A stretch of DNA of 64,000 nt from Prorocentrum cordatum (lineage: Eukaryota): the NCBI GenBank assembly GCA_963575745.1, contig CAUYUJ010000053.1, forward strand, positions 1 through 64,000, written 5' to 3'. This document shows, piece after piece, positions 26,440 to 37,707 of the stretch. How positions within the stretch are numbered: the stretch's first letter is position 1; each line of letters begins with the position of its first letter. The position numbers and the translations under genes were made by a program. The notes below the pieces were generated by a model, which saw nothing but the letters and a program-made list of their open reading frames with translations, did no database searches and was not told the origin of the DNA.

Positions 26440-27180
26440 TTCTCTGCGTCACCATGCGGACACGCTATTGCAACCCAATGGAAACCAGCAGTTTCGAACG
26501 ACTAAAAGACATCAGCTGCGAGTGGCGAAGTGGGAATGTTATACTACTCAGTGGCACGTGTAGGTGGGCAGGACCAGAACCGTCTCAGAGAAACAGACTG
26601 CCCTACAACGACGTCCTGCAGTTCGGGACGAAACAAGGGAAATGGACCAATTGTATTGGCCACGCCCTGGGACTGACTGTTGTGCGAGACGTTTGCCATC
26701 CACCCGCGTCGCTGCAGGGGAGAGTAACAGGGGTACGACTAGCCACCAAACAGTTCGACTACGCCTTACTCACTTGTTAGTGCGCACCAGCGCTGGCAGA
26801 AGCCATACGCACGTGATTGGAGGCCAGATTCGACAGACTGGGTTGTCGTACGAATATTATTGTGACGGGGGGCGATATAAACAACGAGTTTGGATGTCAG
26901 AGGGAATACAACGGGGGGTAGTGTGCAGCAGTGGACCGACAGTAGGCCCTCAGTCGCCCAAGCTGGAAAACCAGAATGGACATAGTTTCCGAGGGCTATG
27001 TGCGGATAGCGGCTTAAGTATAGTCACTACTCACTACAACATAGGTCTGAGTTACTACGTACACTCGGGCCACACCAGCAGGGTAGACCACATTGCGATC
27101 CCGATTGGTTTAGTAGAGCAAGTCGTATGTTGCAACGCACTCCGCAATGCGGGTGAGAGACTACAGCAGATTGTGACTAG
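26440..27180 (+). pseudogene. Degenerate APE-type endonuclease fragment of a different, older LINE
   Basis: Across frames: VILLSGT, IIVTGGDINNEFG (GDxN), ENQNG..FR, TSRVDHIAIP; stops and frameshifts; no RT follows. Confidence 0.65.
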
Positions 27181-27729
27181 AGCCAGTACGCAAGCAGCTA
27201 GGGGCCAAAACAACAGCAACCAGCGCGCGTGGAGCTCGGCAAGAGATGGCATCGCCCTGAAACTACGACGATCTATATTACTACTCATTGGGAAGCAGGG
27301 CATGGGCTACTTGGAGCGGGGGCAGCCAACGTGCCGCGAAGGGGGCGACCCAACGACGGGAACAGAGCGGAACCCCACATGTGCCAGAAAAACAACTACG
27401 GTTCCTCCCCCTGGTAGGGAGTCAAACAAAGTCGCCCCCCCTCTGCTACATAACTACCGGGGGCCCGCGACGCAACGGCCCCAGGGAACCACTCGAGGCC
27501 CAAAGGGGGGGCCGCAACATCGAGCCTTACAAGGACAGGAGTGTAGGATAATGAGGACCACCACAAGGAACCTACCAACACTAAGGGAAACCAGACGAAG
27601 ATCGATGGCGCAGGAGAGCCAGTCCCGACAACCACTACGGCCTCTTTTACCGTGCCTGTTTTGGCTGACTCAACCAGCGAGCGAGCTTTCGTGTCGCGCG
27701 GCAGCGGTTGCAACCAGCGCCCACCTGCG

Positions 27730-28428
27730 ATGGCAGATGCCTCCCCGACGCAGCTCGACAGTCCAGCGGCGTGGCCCGAAGAGGAGGACAACGACGACAA
27801 GGCCGTGCTGATCCAGAAGCCACGCGCGCGCGGAGGTCATCTGCAGCATGTCTTCGGTAGCATAGAGTATGGGCTCAACGCGGCGCGCGCGAGCCAGCAA
27901 GCGACGGCGCTCGTCTACGCCTCCAACCAGGACAAGACGACGAAGCTCATCGACCAGTTGCAGATGCAGGAGGAGCGCATCACCATCAGCCTGGGCCGCA
28001 TCGCGCGCGATCGCTGCCTCAACCCGCGCGAAGAGATGGAGCGGGCGCAGTGCATCGAGGTCACGAAGGACCAGCTGGAGAAGGTGAAGGAAACCTTGAA
28101 GATGGCGAGGGCCCCCCGCGCATGCCTCTCCGACACCTCTCGTCGCGCATGGGGCCCGTTTCCGTGGGGGGCGGACAGGAGTCGCCGCCAGAATGGCGAG
28201 CTCGATGCGGGTCTGCACCGCATGGTCGAAGGGGCCTCAGGGGCACGGCTACGACGTGGTGGAGGCTCCACAGGCCCGACGGGCTCCAGAGCAAGCGACG
28301 ACGTTCCAGCCGAGGGCCCCGTGCACAGCGCCGTCGAAGTCGCTCAAGGGATGGAAGACGCACTGCAAGACGATCGCGGAGGCGGAGATGAGAGTGGTGA
28401 GCGCTCCAGGCGCCAGGAGCAGCAGTGA
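27730..28428 (+). pseudogene. Intronless coding-like segment with coiled coil (retrocopy or TE ORF1 remnant), function unknown
   Basis: Strong G/C third-position bias over about 27780-28110 (KTTKLIDQLQMQEERITISL...KDQLEKVKETLKM); degenerate SL-like sequence about 60-80 nt upstream of the ATG. Confidence 0.4.
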
Positions 28429-29381
28429 CGTCCGCTTGACTGACCCAGAGATCGCGGCCAAGGCAGGCTGGGGGCTCGGCCTCGGCCTGATGGGGTGAGG
28501 AGCAGACAGCAGCGCAGCGCAGATTTTTCTCAACGCAGTGGCATTCGCAGCCGCGGCAGCAGCACGTGTGCAGGCGGCACCGCAGATTTCTTTCAATGCA
28601 ATGGCAGTCGCAGTCATTGCAGCAGCGCGTGCAGGAGCAGTATCCTTTGTGGCAGTGTCATCCAGCCTACTTGCTGCCAGTGAGCAGCCATCCATAAGAC
28701 GCTAGGCCACCAATCTTCTTCTTTGTTTGCCATGCAGAGATTTTTGTGGTTGCGAAAGAGGGTGGTGGGGGGGGGGAGAGTGAAGGGGAAGGGGGGAGGG
28801 GGATGCGTGGGGAGGTCCTCAGAGTCGGCGGCCCGCCAGCAGGGCAGCCGCCGACTCCTCTGGTCTCATGAGTAGGGTTCGCAGGAGCCCCTGCAGCGGG
28901 GCAGCCCCTCGGCGCGGCCCGCAACATAGCTGCAGCAGCGCGAGGAGCCCGCCCCAGGCAGTCTCTCGGGCCGGCGAGCGTTCGGCTCTGGGGGCAGCTT
29001 CCATATCAATCCCCGGGTGCCCGCCCTCAGCTTTGTCCAGTCTGAAGCACAATGGACCCCCCACGGCCTTTACCTTTACCTTAACCTCTTCCTCCTCCTT
29101 CTTTTCCTCGGCGTCCTCCCCCTCCCGCTTGCGCGATCCGCAGCCGAACACCCCCGTCGTCGACGCGGTGCTCAGCGCCTTTCCGACGGCCCGAGCGAGC
29201 GAAATTGCTCGAGCCCAAATGGCTGAGGCAGTACAGGGAAAAGGGGACAGGGATGGCGAGGAGGAGGAGGAGGAGGAGGAGGAGGTGGACGAGGAGGAAA
29301 GGAGGAGGAGGAGGAGGTGGACGAGGAGGAGGAGGAAGAGGAGGAGGAGGAGGATCATGCTGATGATGACGATGATGATGC

Positions 29382-29414
<33 letters not shown>

Positions 29415-29534
29415 GGAGGAGGAGGAGGAGGAGGAGGAGGAGGAGGAGGAGGAGGATGGGGGAGGAAAGGGGGAGAGGGAGGAGAAGGAGGAGGAGGAGG
29501 AGGAGGAGAGGAGGAGGTGGAGTTGGAGGAGGAG

Positions 29535-29566
<32 letters not shown>

Positions 29567-29992
29567 GGGGGAGGAGGAGGGGGAGGAGGAGGAGGAGGAG
29601 GAGGAGGAAAAGGGGTAATTATGATGATGAGGAGGAGGACAAATATGACGAACAATAATATGAATAATGAGAATGGTCAGGTGAATCAGACGACTAAGCA
29701 TCATAATATTAATCTTCATAATAGGACCAACGAGAATAATAATAACACGGCTAAGTTTTTTTTTGTCAGCGATCCCCTGGGGGCCTGAACGGTTTTGAAA
29801 CAGCACGTCGGCCACGATGGCCGAAGACCAGCTCACCCGCTGAGCACGTCTGACGTACAGCCCAGCAGATGAGGGACAGCGGGCGGGACAGGGGACAGAT
29901 GAGGCCCCAGATTTAGCCACCCGCCATCCACAAAATCTGGTCACGGTGCGTCGCCCAAAGGCGCGGCAACGGGCCGTGCCACCGCCGACGCT

Positions 29993-32900
29993 TCACGGGC
30001 CTGAATGCGTGCCAGGAGCGCCGCCATACCTGCCGTTTCGATCAGCCCTGACGGCGAGAGCGGCAGGCTGACATCTGGCGGCGGTGGCCTCTGAGACTCG
30101 TAGCAAAAGAAAGCCACGCCTCGCCTCGAGGATCACCGTGCGATTGTCACGATAGTGAGGATAGAGGCCAGCAGAGATCCTCCTCAGCACGGTAGTGCCA
30201 CCCGCCAGTCGGCGCTGAAGGCACTCCTTGCCGAGCATATGACAGCGCGCAGAGGAGTACGCTCCGCACATGGAGCAAAAGAAAAGGGTGAGCCTCCGCT
30301 CACCTTTGCTTACAATGCAATGCGCCAACGAGTGCCCCAAGGACCGATCCAGGACACCACGCCACAGCTTGCTGGGTCCTTTGCATCCCAACATGGGGCG
30401 CGCATCCCGATCAGTGGACATACAAAGGCAATGCAAACATCTGGCGCAGCCCTGACTTATTTCCTGCCAGGAATGCCAACCTCCCGATTTAAAAAACTTA
30501 GCCCTCGGTCCCAAGGGCCGACGCTCAAACTTTTCGGGAGGAAAGGTGGCAAGCACGGTGCCCGCCACCCTAGCAGCGAAAGCCAACAAATCACACTTCC
30601 TGTCCACCTCCGTACGTTCGTGCACACTGGGTTGGGGATGGAGGAGGGGAGTTTGCTTGGCAAGGGCGTCGGCTTTCAAGTTGCCTATACCAATCCGTTT
30701 CTCGTGCGCTGGCAGAGCGTCCAGAACAGCGCGCGCACGGTGCGCAGGTGTGTGGTGCACCGACGGGATGGGGAACTTCTCATGGAGCAGGGCACCTTTC
30801 CGAAGACCAGCATAACGATGTTTATGAAAAACCTGGTGCTCCCTCGTCGCCACACAGATGCGCACCACATTCATGCAATCGGTGTGGCGGTCTCCGCCGT
30901 TGCTCTGAAACATCGGGAGGAGGGCCATGCAAAGGTGCTCCGCAGCTTGGGAGGTCTGGGGGAGGACCGACAGAACAGTATCTTTGGCGTACGCAATAAT
31001 AGTGTCGCCCTCCCCCAAGAAAACCCAGGAGTAAGCCGCTCTGGACAACTCCCTAACGGTATGCCGATAGGCCGAGCCGTCCATGACGACATCGCAACCC
31101 GAGAGGTCCACAGAGCCCCAATCAATAATATCCCCTTCAGGAGAGTACAGGATGGGTTGAGTGGCCGAGGACGGAGGAGGGTAGGGTGCTCTTTTTGGAC
31201 TCATCAAAGAACAAACGGTCCTGACTTTCAAGAGCTTCGTCCAGCCATTCAACAGGAGAGTCATCAGTAACACTTTTACGGGCGGCGACGGTGTCAGGGT
31301 GAAGGCACTGCCAAACGCGGTGCCGCACTCTGTCGGGCATCCCGCACTTCGGGCAAAGTCCGTCGCACGAGTATCCAGCGGCCTGAGCCCTCGCTCTGGT
31401 CCAAATCCTTTTGTAAAACACACTCAGCGCCACATACTTCTGCTGAGGGTTGAATTTCCTTCCCTTGGGGCCCAGCAAGGTTTTCAGGGGATCAGAACCG
31501 TCGGCTCCAGGGGCGTCCTGACATAAAACCCGTTCATGTTTTCGTTGGACCGCCAACTGCAACATGTGCGCTAACATAGCGGGCGAGGTGTATCCCAAGT
31601 GCACCTCTCGACCGTAGTCGTCCTCAAACGTAAGGGGGGTCACCGACTTCCACCCGATCCTAGCCAGCGACAGGTGCATGCGCTGCAGAGGTCCTCGTGA
31701 CGAGCGCCACGTGACCTTGTCATCAAAGGGGACAGAACGCCACAAATGAGCAATCTCCTTGATATTATACCTAGGGACTGACGGGGTGGTGAGAGCCAGC
31801 CACGCGATCGACGCCCACTGCAGGGCTGGCGCCACAGACGGCCTCCACATCGGGTCTCCAAGGATCACCAGACGCGCCTGGAGGGAGCACCCTCGGTGCC
31901 TAGGGGGGTGCGACGACAACAGCACACGTTGAGCCACCTGGAGCTCGCCCTGACTCATCCCCACAACCGACGAGCCGAAACTGGCCGCAGGCAACACTCC
32001 GCACGTATAGCTCTTTCCCATGCGAGATTTTTTGCGGGGAAGGGCCGAGCGATATCGCATCAAAACCTTATGCCTCTTCTTCATGTGGGAAAACCTCTGT
32101 TTTCTTTTCCACAGACCATGTTTAGCACCTCGGGTCTGACCTGGTGCGAAATCCGTGCCGAGGGAGACCGCGCTGTTCGTGACCTTGCCCGCCAGCTGCC
32201 CGAGGTGCCTAGCAATCTTCTGGGCGAGGGTGCGGCTGCCGGCAAAGGTGCTGACCTTGTCGGGCTGAATGCCGACGCGCAGCTCATCCCTAAACAGGAC
32301 GTACAGGCAAGCAGCCGCCTGAGTGATAGTGGCCAGGACCTCTTGCTCAGAGCCCGACGCTGTGACGCTATCATCATCGACGTGCGACGACTAATCGACG
32401 CTGGGGTTGTCTTCAACAAACTTGTCAAAGGCTTCGATGCTGTAAACTCGAACCATGATATCATTGAAGATATCTCCCGCGGGAAGACCAGACCTGGCGA
32501 AATAAGGCTGGGCCCCGTAGTGGGCCCCCCAAACGAAGCAAACGGGGGCCCCTCCAATAGTTAAACGTCGTTTTGACAATGACCTCGTTAATACCGTAAC
32601 GTAACGCTCTATCCTTGAGAAGGGCTAAATCAAATGACTCGTAGTACTTCGTCCCATCCCATATTATGCCCCCCGTTTCCTGAGACTCGAAGTGGGCCAT
32701 CTCGGCCTGGACGGCCTGGTGCCGCGCGGCACTCTCAGCACTGCGGCCAGGGCCAAACGCCCAGTAGCTGCGAGGGTAGTTCGCGTTGAAATCCACAATC
32801 AGAGGTCTCCGTAAACGTTCCCAGACCCGGACGGGGCCGGCGCGCAGCAAGATGGGTCGAAGGCCTTCCTGGGGTTTTTCCAAAAGAGGGAAAAGCAGCC

Positions 32901-34722
32901 AGAACAGTTGTTTGGGAAAGAGGCCCAGGGACTCAATCGCTTGGACTAACGCCCCAAACGTGTCAAGGGCATCGTCCGAAACCAAAACCAACGCGAGCTG
33001 TCTCGGGTGCAGTCCATCGAGGGACTGCGAAGTCAGGTGCGAAAAACTGCTGGACGCGCTTCTAATCTCGGCCGCCGTCGGCCTAGGGAGGTGCTCCCGA
33101 TCAGGAACACACACCTCGGGTGGTATGTGCGACGCGTGCCAAAACTCGGACAGGGATTTGCCTTCAGCCTCAAGCAGCTCTTGAGGGGAGTTAGAAAAAC
33201 AACCATGATGATTTTGCACGACGGTCGGGGTCCACCTCTGCTTGAGTTTCGTGAGCCTGTGCATGGCCCTCGCTCCCCCAGAAAGAGCTTTCTCCTGCCA
33301 TTGATCCCAACTATCCTGCTGAACCTTCGCGACGGCCTTGCGCGCCTCGTCCAGGCCGTCGCCCCAAGACGACAGAAACTCCTGACACTGCTCAATCCAG
33401 CTATCGAGGCCATCATCGAGCGTAAAAGAACGAGCCAAAGTGCGCGCCTGAGCGAGGGTCGCGTCGAGTCTAACATTCTGCCCCTCACCGGGGCATGGTA
33501 ACATAAGAAGCTGTTGGATCTGGTGGCTCGCATCCTCAGACAAACGCTGGACCTGGGCTTGGTCCGTGGGATCGGTTTCCTGGGCCGCCCTTCGAAATCG
33601 AGCTGGCACCCCAATGGTTTCAGACAAATGTTGGGCCAGCCAGATCCATCCGACGTGCTGCTCACGGAGGCTACAGGCCTTGGGTTTAGCAAACATCGGG
33701 GCCCACCGAGCTCTCAAGAGGTCCCCTTTGTGTCCTTTGCTTCTAACCTCCACTCCCGTGAAAGCCTCGAGCTCAAGCTCGAGCGTGTTGGAAAAATACT
33801 TCCAGGCAACAGTGAGAAGTTCCCACGCCTCGCCGATGGGGCGAGTGAGAGCCGCAGCAGCAGCGTCCTCAGCAATGGTACGGCTGAGGGTCCAGTCCTG
33901 GGGTCTGGGGGTCGGCCCGAAAGGCAGCTCCGTCGGGAGTCTTTGATGCGACCGATACATCAGCTGATGGCACCGAACGGCATCGGAACGCAACGCGAGG
34001 CACACGGGCCTGTGAGGGCGATGAGTCCAGGACATGTCAGCCTCAACCTTATCACAGGCGCGTGCGAAGCACGTGCTCGCTAAAAAGTAGTCGACAGTGG
34101 TGAGGCTTCCTGGGGACAAGCAGGTCTTCTGCGTTGGCACAAACAGGGCCCCTTCAACTCGACGGGGAAGTCCCGTGGAGTCAACCAGATGTGCGTCGAG
34201 GTTCCAGTCTCCCCCCACAACGTACATATGCTTCCCCGTGAGCCTCTCTCCTAATTGCCTCAGAAGGGAGAGATTGAACGCGCGCAACCCAGTCCCCGAC
34301 TTAAAGTAGCACGAAAACACGCGCAGGGGCGGCCATCCAGGCAAGTCGACAATCACATGGATGATACGCCCCTCGGCAACGATCCCGGGAGCATCCGACG
34401 GCCATCGCAGGCCAATGTGCGTGCGGACGAAAACTCCGGCCCCCGCTCGAGGTCTCCCAGATTCACCAGCAGGGGAGGGGGAACGCAGCATTTTCCATCC
34501 CAAGCTGGCCGCTGAGGCAGCTCTTTCACCCTCACGGTCCTCGAGAGTCCCGATCTCCTGCGCCAGCAGGACGAGCGCCGATGTCGAGCAGAGCCTCTCA
34601 CGCAAAGTCGGCCAGCAATTGCCATTGTAGGTCTCGAAGCTTTCGCCCAAGCCAGCAAGCGAGGACGAGTCAAGCGAGTCGGGGGGAGGCGGAGGTGGAG
34701 CAGGAACTCCGTATTCAGACAT
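29993..34722 (-). pseudogene. LINE ORF2 (APE endonuclease, reverse transcriptase, CCHC finger, RNase H, Cys-rich tail), disrupted
   Basis: APE: TYNG, LLAQE, GGDWN, VDYFL, HRPV. RT: LLEKPQEGLRPI, WDGTKYYESFD, GLPAGD, SHVDD. CPKCGMPDRVRHRVWQC. RNase H: MDGS, QTSQAAE, HTDC, PAH, GNLKADALAK. Frameshifts near 32525-32530 (homopolymer) and about 31200; in-frame TAG at 32391-32393. Confidence 0.9.
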
Positions 34723-34753
34723 GGGCAAGCCGCAACACCGTGGGAGCCAAGGG

Positions 34754-35833
34754 CTACCCCACGCGCGGCTTCTTGCACAGCCTGCTACCGAACTTCTCAA
34801 TGCACTCACGCTTGTCAATCCGTATGGCTGCATTGAAAATCTCCTCGACCATGTCTTCGTCAAGATCCTCATCATGCTCGAAACCTGGTGTCGGCTGTTG
34901 TTGTGCCTCGGCCGCACCATCTCCGCTGGCGGCCGATGCATCACTAGGAGCCCCATGACCAGGCACACCAGCATCTTCGGATTTGAAAGGCGATGATGCC
35001 GTTGCCGTAGGTGATGCCTTCGCCTGGGAGGCCGCCAGCAGCTCCGCGAACTTCTTGAACGTGTCGGACTGGAGCATTTCCTTGATCTGCGCTTGCTCAC
35101 TCGACGCAGCCAGCACCTCAGGATCGACCTCCAAATCCACGACGGGCATGCCAGACAACGTACGAATGAGGTCCCGATTGAGGAGCTCGATCTCGCGGTC
35201 CGTAGCAGCAACTTGTGCCCGCATGCCATCGATCTTTTCTTGAGCACTCGCGATGAAGCGTAGCTGCTCCTCGATCTGGTGCTCAAGTCTCTGCTCTTTG
35301 CCTTTAGCACTTGCCAAGCGATGACCCACATTAGTATGCTGAGTGAGCTGGGGCTTGGTCTGATGCAATTCGCGACGTACGGCCTCCAGCTTGATCTCGA
35401 GCTCAGCCTTGGCACCTTTGCCCGGCTCACCCAGCTTCTCACAGTGCGACATGGCCACCTCGAGCTGCTTGATGTTGTCGCGCAGCTCCTGCTCCTTGGA
35501 ATCCTTGGGCGGTTCCTTAGCAGGGTGGCTGGCCACAGAGACAGGGGATAGGTTACCTCCTCCTGCCAACTTGTCAAACCTGCGCTGGAGCTCGTCCAGC
35601 CTCTTCTGTAGTTTGTCGTCACGACCACCCCTACCGCCACGAGGTAGACCAGCCCGCTGACGATGCTGCTGGCCGCGCGCATGAAGCCCGGCTGCACGGC
35701 GCACCTCGAGCGGTGCCTTCTTCCCGCATCTGCAAATGATCCTGGACGCCCAGTTGGTGTTGCGACCACATGAGCACGCCCAGGTGGGCATCCTTGGCCC
35801 AGGGAGGACCTCAGCGCCATCTCCATCGGTCAT
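34754..35833 (-). CDS. LINE ORF1 (359 aa from the first ATG): N-terminal RanBP2-like zinc finger, RGG box, coiled coil
   Basis: WACSCGRNTNWASRIICRC; PRGGRGGR; heptad-rich LQKRLDELQRR...IEEQLRFIASAQEKID; open frame ending 32 nt before the ORF2 ATG. Confidence 0.8.
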   Translation of the reverse strand: MTDGDGAEVLPGPRMPTWACSCGRNTNWASRIICRCGKKAPLEVRRAAGLHARGQQHRQRAGLPRGGRGGRDDKLQKRLDELQRRFDKLAGGGNLSPVSVASHPAKEPPKDSKEQELRDNIKQLEVAMSHCEKLGEPGKGAKAELEIKLEAVRRELHQTKPQLTQHTNVGHRLASAKGKEQRLEHQIEEQLRFIASAQEKIDGMRAQVAATDREIELLNRDLIRTLSGMPVVDLEVDPEVLAASSEQAQIKEMLQSDTFKKFAELLAASQAKASPTATASSPFKSEDAGVPGHGAPSDASAASGDGAAEAQQQPTPGFEHDEDLDEDMVEEIFNAAIRIDKRECIEKFGSRLCKKPRVG

Positions 35834-35953
35834 GAGAGCCTGTAGGCTTGGATGAATGTGTGGGTTGAGATCCCACGAACTGAAGGTTGGAACGGGGCTC
35901 GCAGCAGCGACTGCCGCTCTGAAGACTGCTGCTGCAAGCTCAGGAATCAACAC

Positions 35954-36025
35954 CTGAGCCAGAACGGCTAGGACTTGAGCCAAAATGGCTTGAGCCAAAA
36001 TGGGTTGAGCCAAAATGGCTACGGA
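35954..36025 (-). other. Dinoflagellate spliced leader plus three tandem SL relics at the LINE 5' end
   Basis: Minus strand reads TCCGTAGCCATTTTGGCTCAAC (21/22 to DCCGTAGCCATTTTGGCTCAAG), CCATTTTGGCTCAAG, CCATTTTGGCTCAAG, TCCTAGCCGTTCTGGCTCAG. Confidence 0.95.
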
Positions 36026-36700
36026 ACACGGCTAAGAATACTAATAAGATCAAGGAGGATAACCATACTATTACACATGGGAAGAATACGATTAATACTG
36101 ACATAGGCAATACTGAAAAGACAAAACATCATATCGCTATACATAGTAATATGAACACTAGTAGGAAAACAAAGACAGCTAGTAACACGAGTAAGCCGAA
36201 TACTACATATAAGACTAATGAGAATACTACCGATCCGAATAACAATACTAATGGTACGTATATCAATAAGAACAATATCGCTAGTACTACGAATAATATT
36301 TTATTCGTACCACGAAATGCAAGGATCAGAAGACGAAGCGTACTAATACGATGACAAAGAAACCACGACGACTAATCACACTACTGATAACAACAGGAAC
36401 TCTACTTAAAATAAGACTAATACTAATACTACTAATAATACGGGTAAGAAAAATAAGAGGAATCCAACTAACAATAACAACCGTAATACTAATAATAACC
36501 ATGCCAATGATAGGACACATACAACTAGAATACTAAAACGCATACTTAGACGAATCATACTACTATTCATACGAATAATAAGACGAAAGAGGAGGAGGAG
36601 GAGGAGGAGGAGGAAGAGGAGGAGGAGGAGGAGGAGGAGGAGGAGGAGGAGGGAGGAGGGGGAGGAGGAGGAGGAGGAGGAGGAGGAGGAGGAGGAGGAG

Positions 36701-36731
<31 letters not shown>

Positions 36732-36997
36732 GAGGAGGAGGAGGAGCAGCAGGAGGAGGAGGAGGAAGAGGAGGAAGAGGAGGAGGAGGAGGAGGACGAG
36801 GAGGAGAGGAGGAGGGGAGGGGGAGGGGGAGGAGGAGGAGGAGGAGGAGGAGGAGGAGGAGAGGAGGAGGAGGAGGAGGAGGAGGAGGAGGAGGAGAGGA
36901 AGAGGAGGACGAGGAAAAGGAGGAGGAGGAGGAGGACGAGGAGGAGGAGGAGGAACCAGGGAAGCAAAACAGACCCCCCCCCCCCCCCTCCGCGGAG

Positions 36998-37070
36998 GTC
37001 CAGGCAGTGCCTCGATTTCCTGAAACAGCTCCTGCGCTGGGACCCCTCGAGGCGACCAACGGCCGCGGAG
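36998..37070 (+). CDS. MAP kinase exon: (A)SRQCLDFLKQLLRWDPSRRPTAAE, subdomain XI
   Basis: LD.L..LL..DP..R.TA motif; AG|GTCC acceptor mirrors donor GC|GTCC; GAG|GC donor. Confidence 0.88.
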
Positions 37071-37254
37071 GCGCGCCGCCGCCCAGGGGTGGGAACCGCG
37101 GCTCCCGCGTCCTTCACTCGCCGACTCTCGGGGGTGGTGTCCTTTCCGCCTCCTCCGCGGGGGTGGTGTCCTTTTCCGCCTACTCTAGTGGGAAATTGGT
37201 GGCATACGATGACACCAGGACTACAGGACGTTCAATCCAGACTGTACCAGAGTA

Positions 37255-37357
37255 CCAGTGCTACTGCTGCGGCTACCGCTGCTACTATTAGTGCTGATGC
37301 AGTGACCGCAGTACTGAAGTAGTACTGCGGCCCCTACTACTACTACTACTACTACTG

Positions 37358-37392
<35 letters not shown>

Positions 37393-37444
37393 GCTACTGC
37401 TACTACTACTACTACTACTACTACTACTCCTGCTGCTGCTGCTG

Positions 37445-37485
<41 letters not shown>

Positions 37486-37666
37486 GCTACTACTACTACT
37501 GCTGCTGCTACTACTACTACTACTGCGACCACGGCTACTACTACTACTACTACTACTACTGCTACTGCTACCGCTATTATTAGTACTACTACTGCCTACT
37601 ACTACTACTACTACGACTACTACTACTACTCCTCCTACTACGACTACTACTACGACTACTACTACG

Positions 37667-37707
<41 letters not shown>

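Larger units (their letters stand above)
29756..36024 (-). mobile_element. Full-length non-LTR retrotransposon (LINE, APE-RT-RNase H type), 6269 bp, antisense in MAPK intron; decayed copy
   Basis: Identical 12-bp TSD AACACGGCTAAG at 29744-29755 and 36025-36036; T9 at 29756-29764 (poly-A on minus strand); intronless ORF1 and ORF2 with endonuclease, RT and RNase H motifs. Confidence 0.95.

Noticed and set aside
34723..35826. First about 370 aa of the 1121-aa ORF 32461..35826
   Set aside because: Alternative-frame shadow of ORF1; endonuclease motifs start only after the ATG at 34722.
35834..36013. N-terminal extension MAQPILAQAILAQVLAVLAQ of ORF 34754..36013
   Set aside because: It is the translation of the 15-nt SL relics from a TTG; the first ATG is at 35833.
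35954..36025. SL RNA gene or CRISPR-like array
   Set aside because: No GT donor or SL intron follows the leader, there are no spacers, and the array lies inside the TSD.
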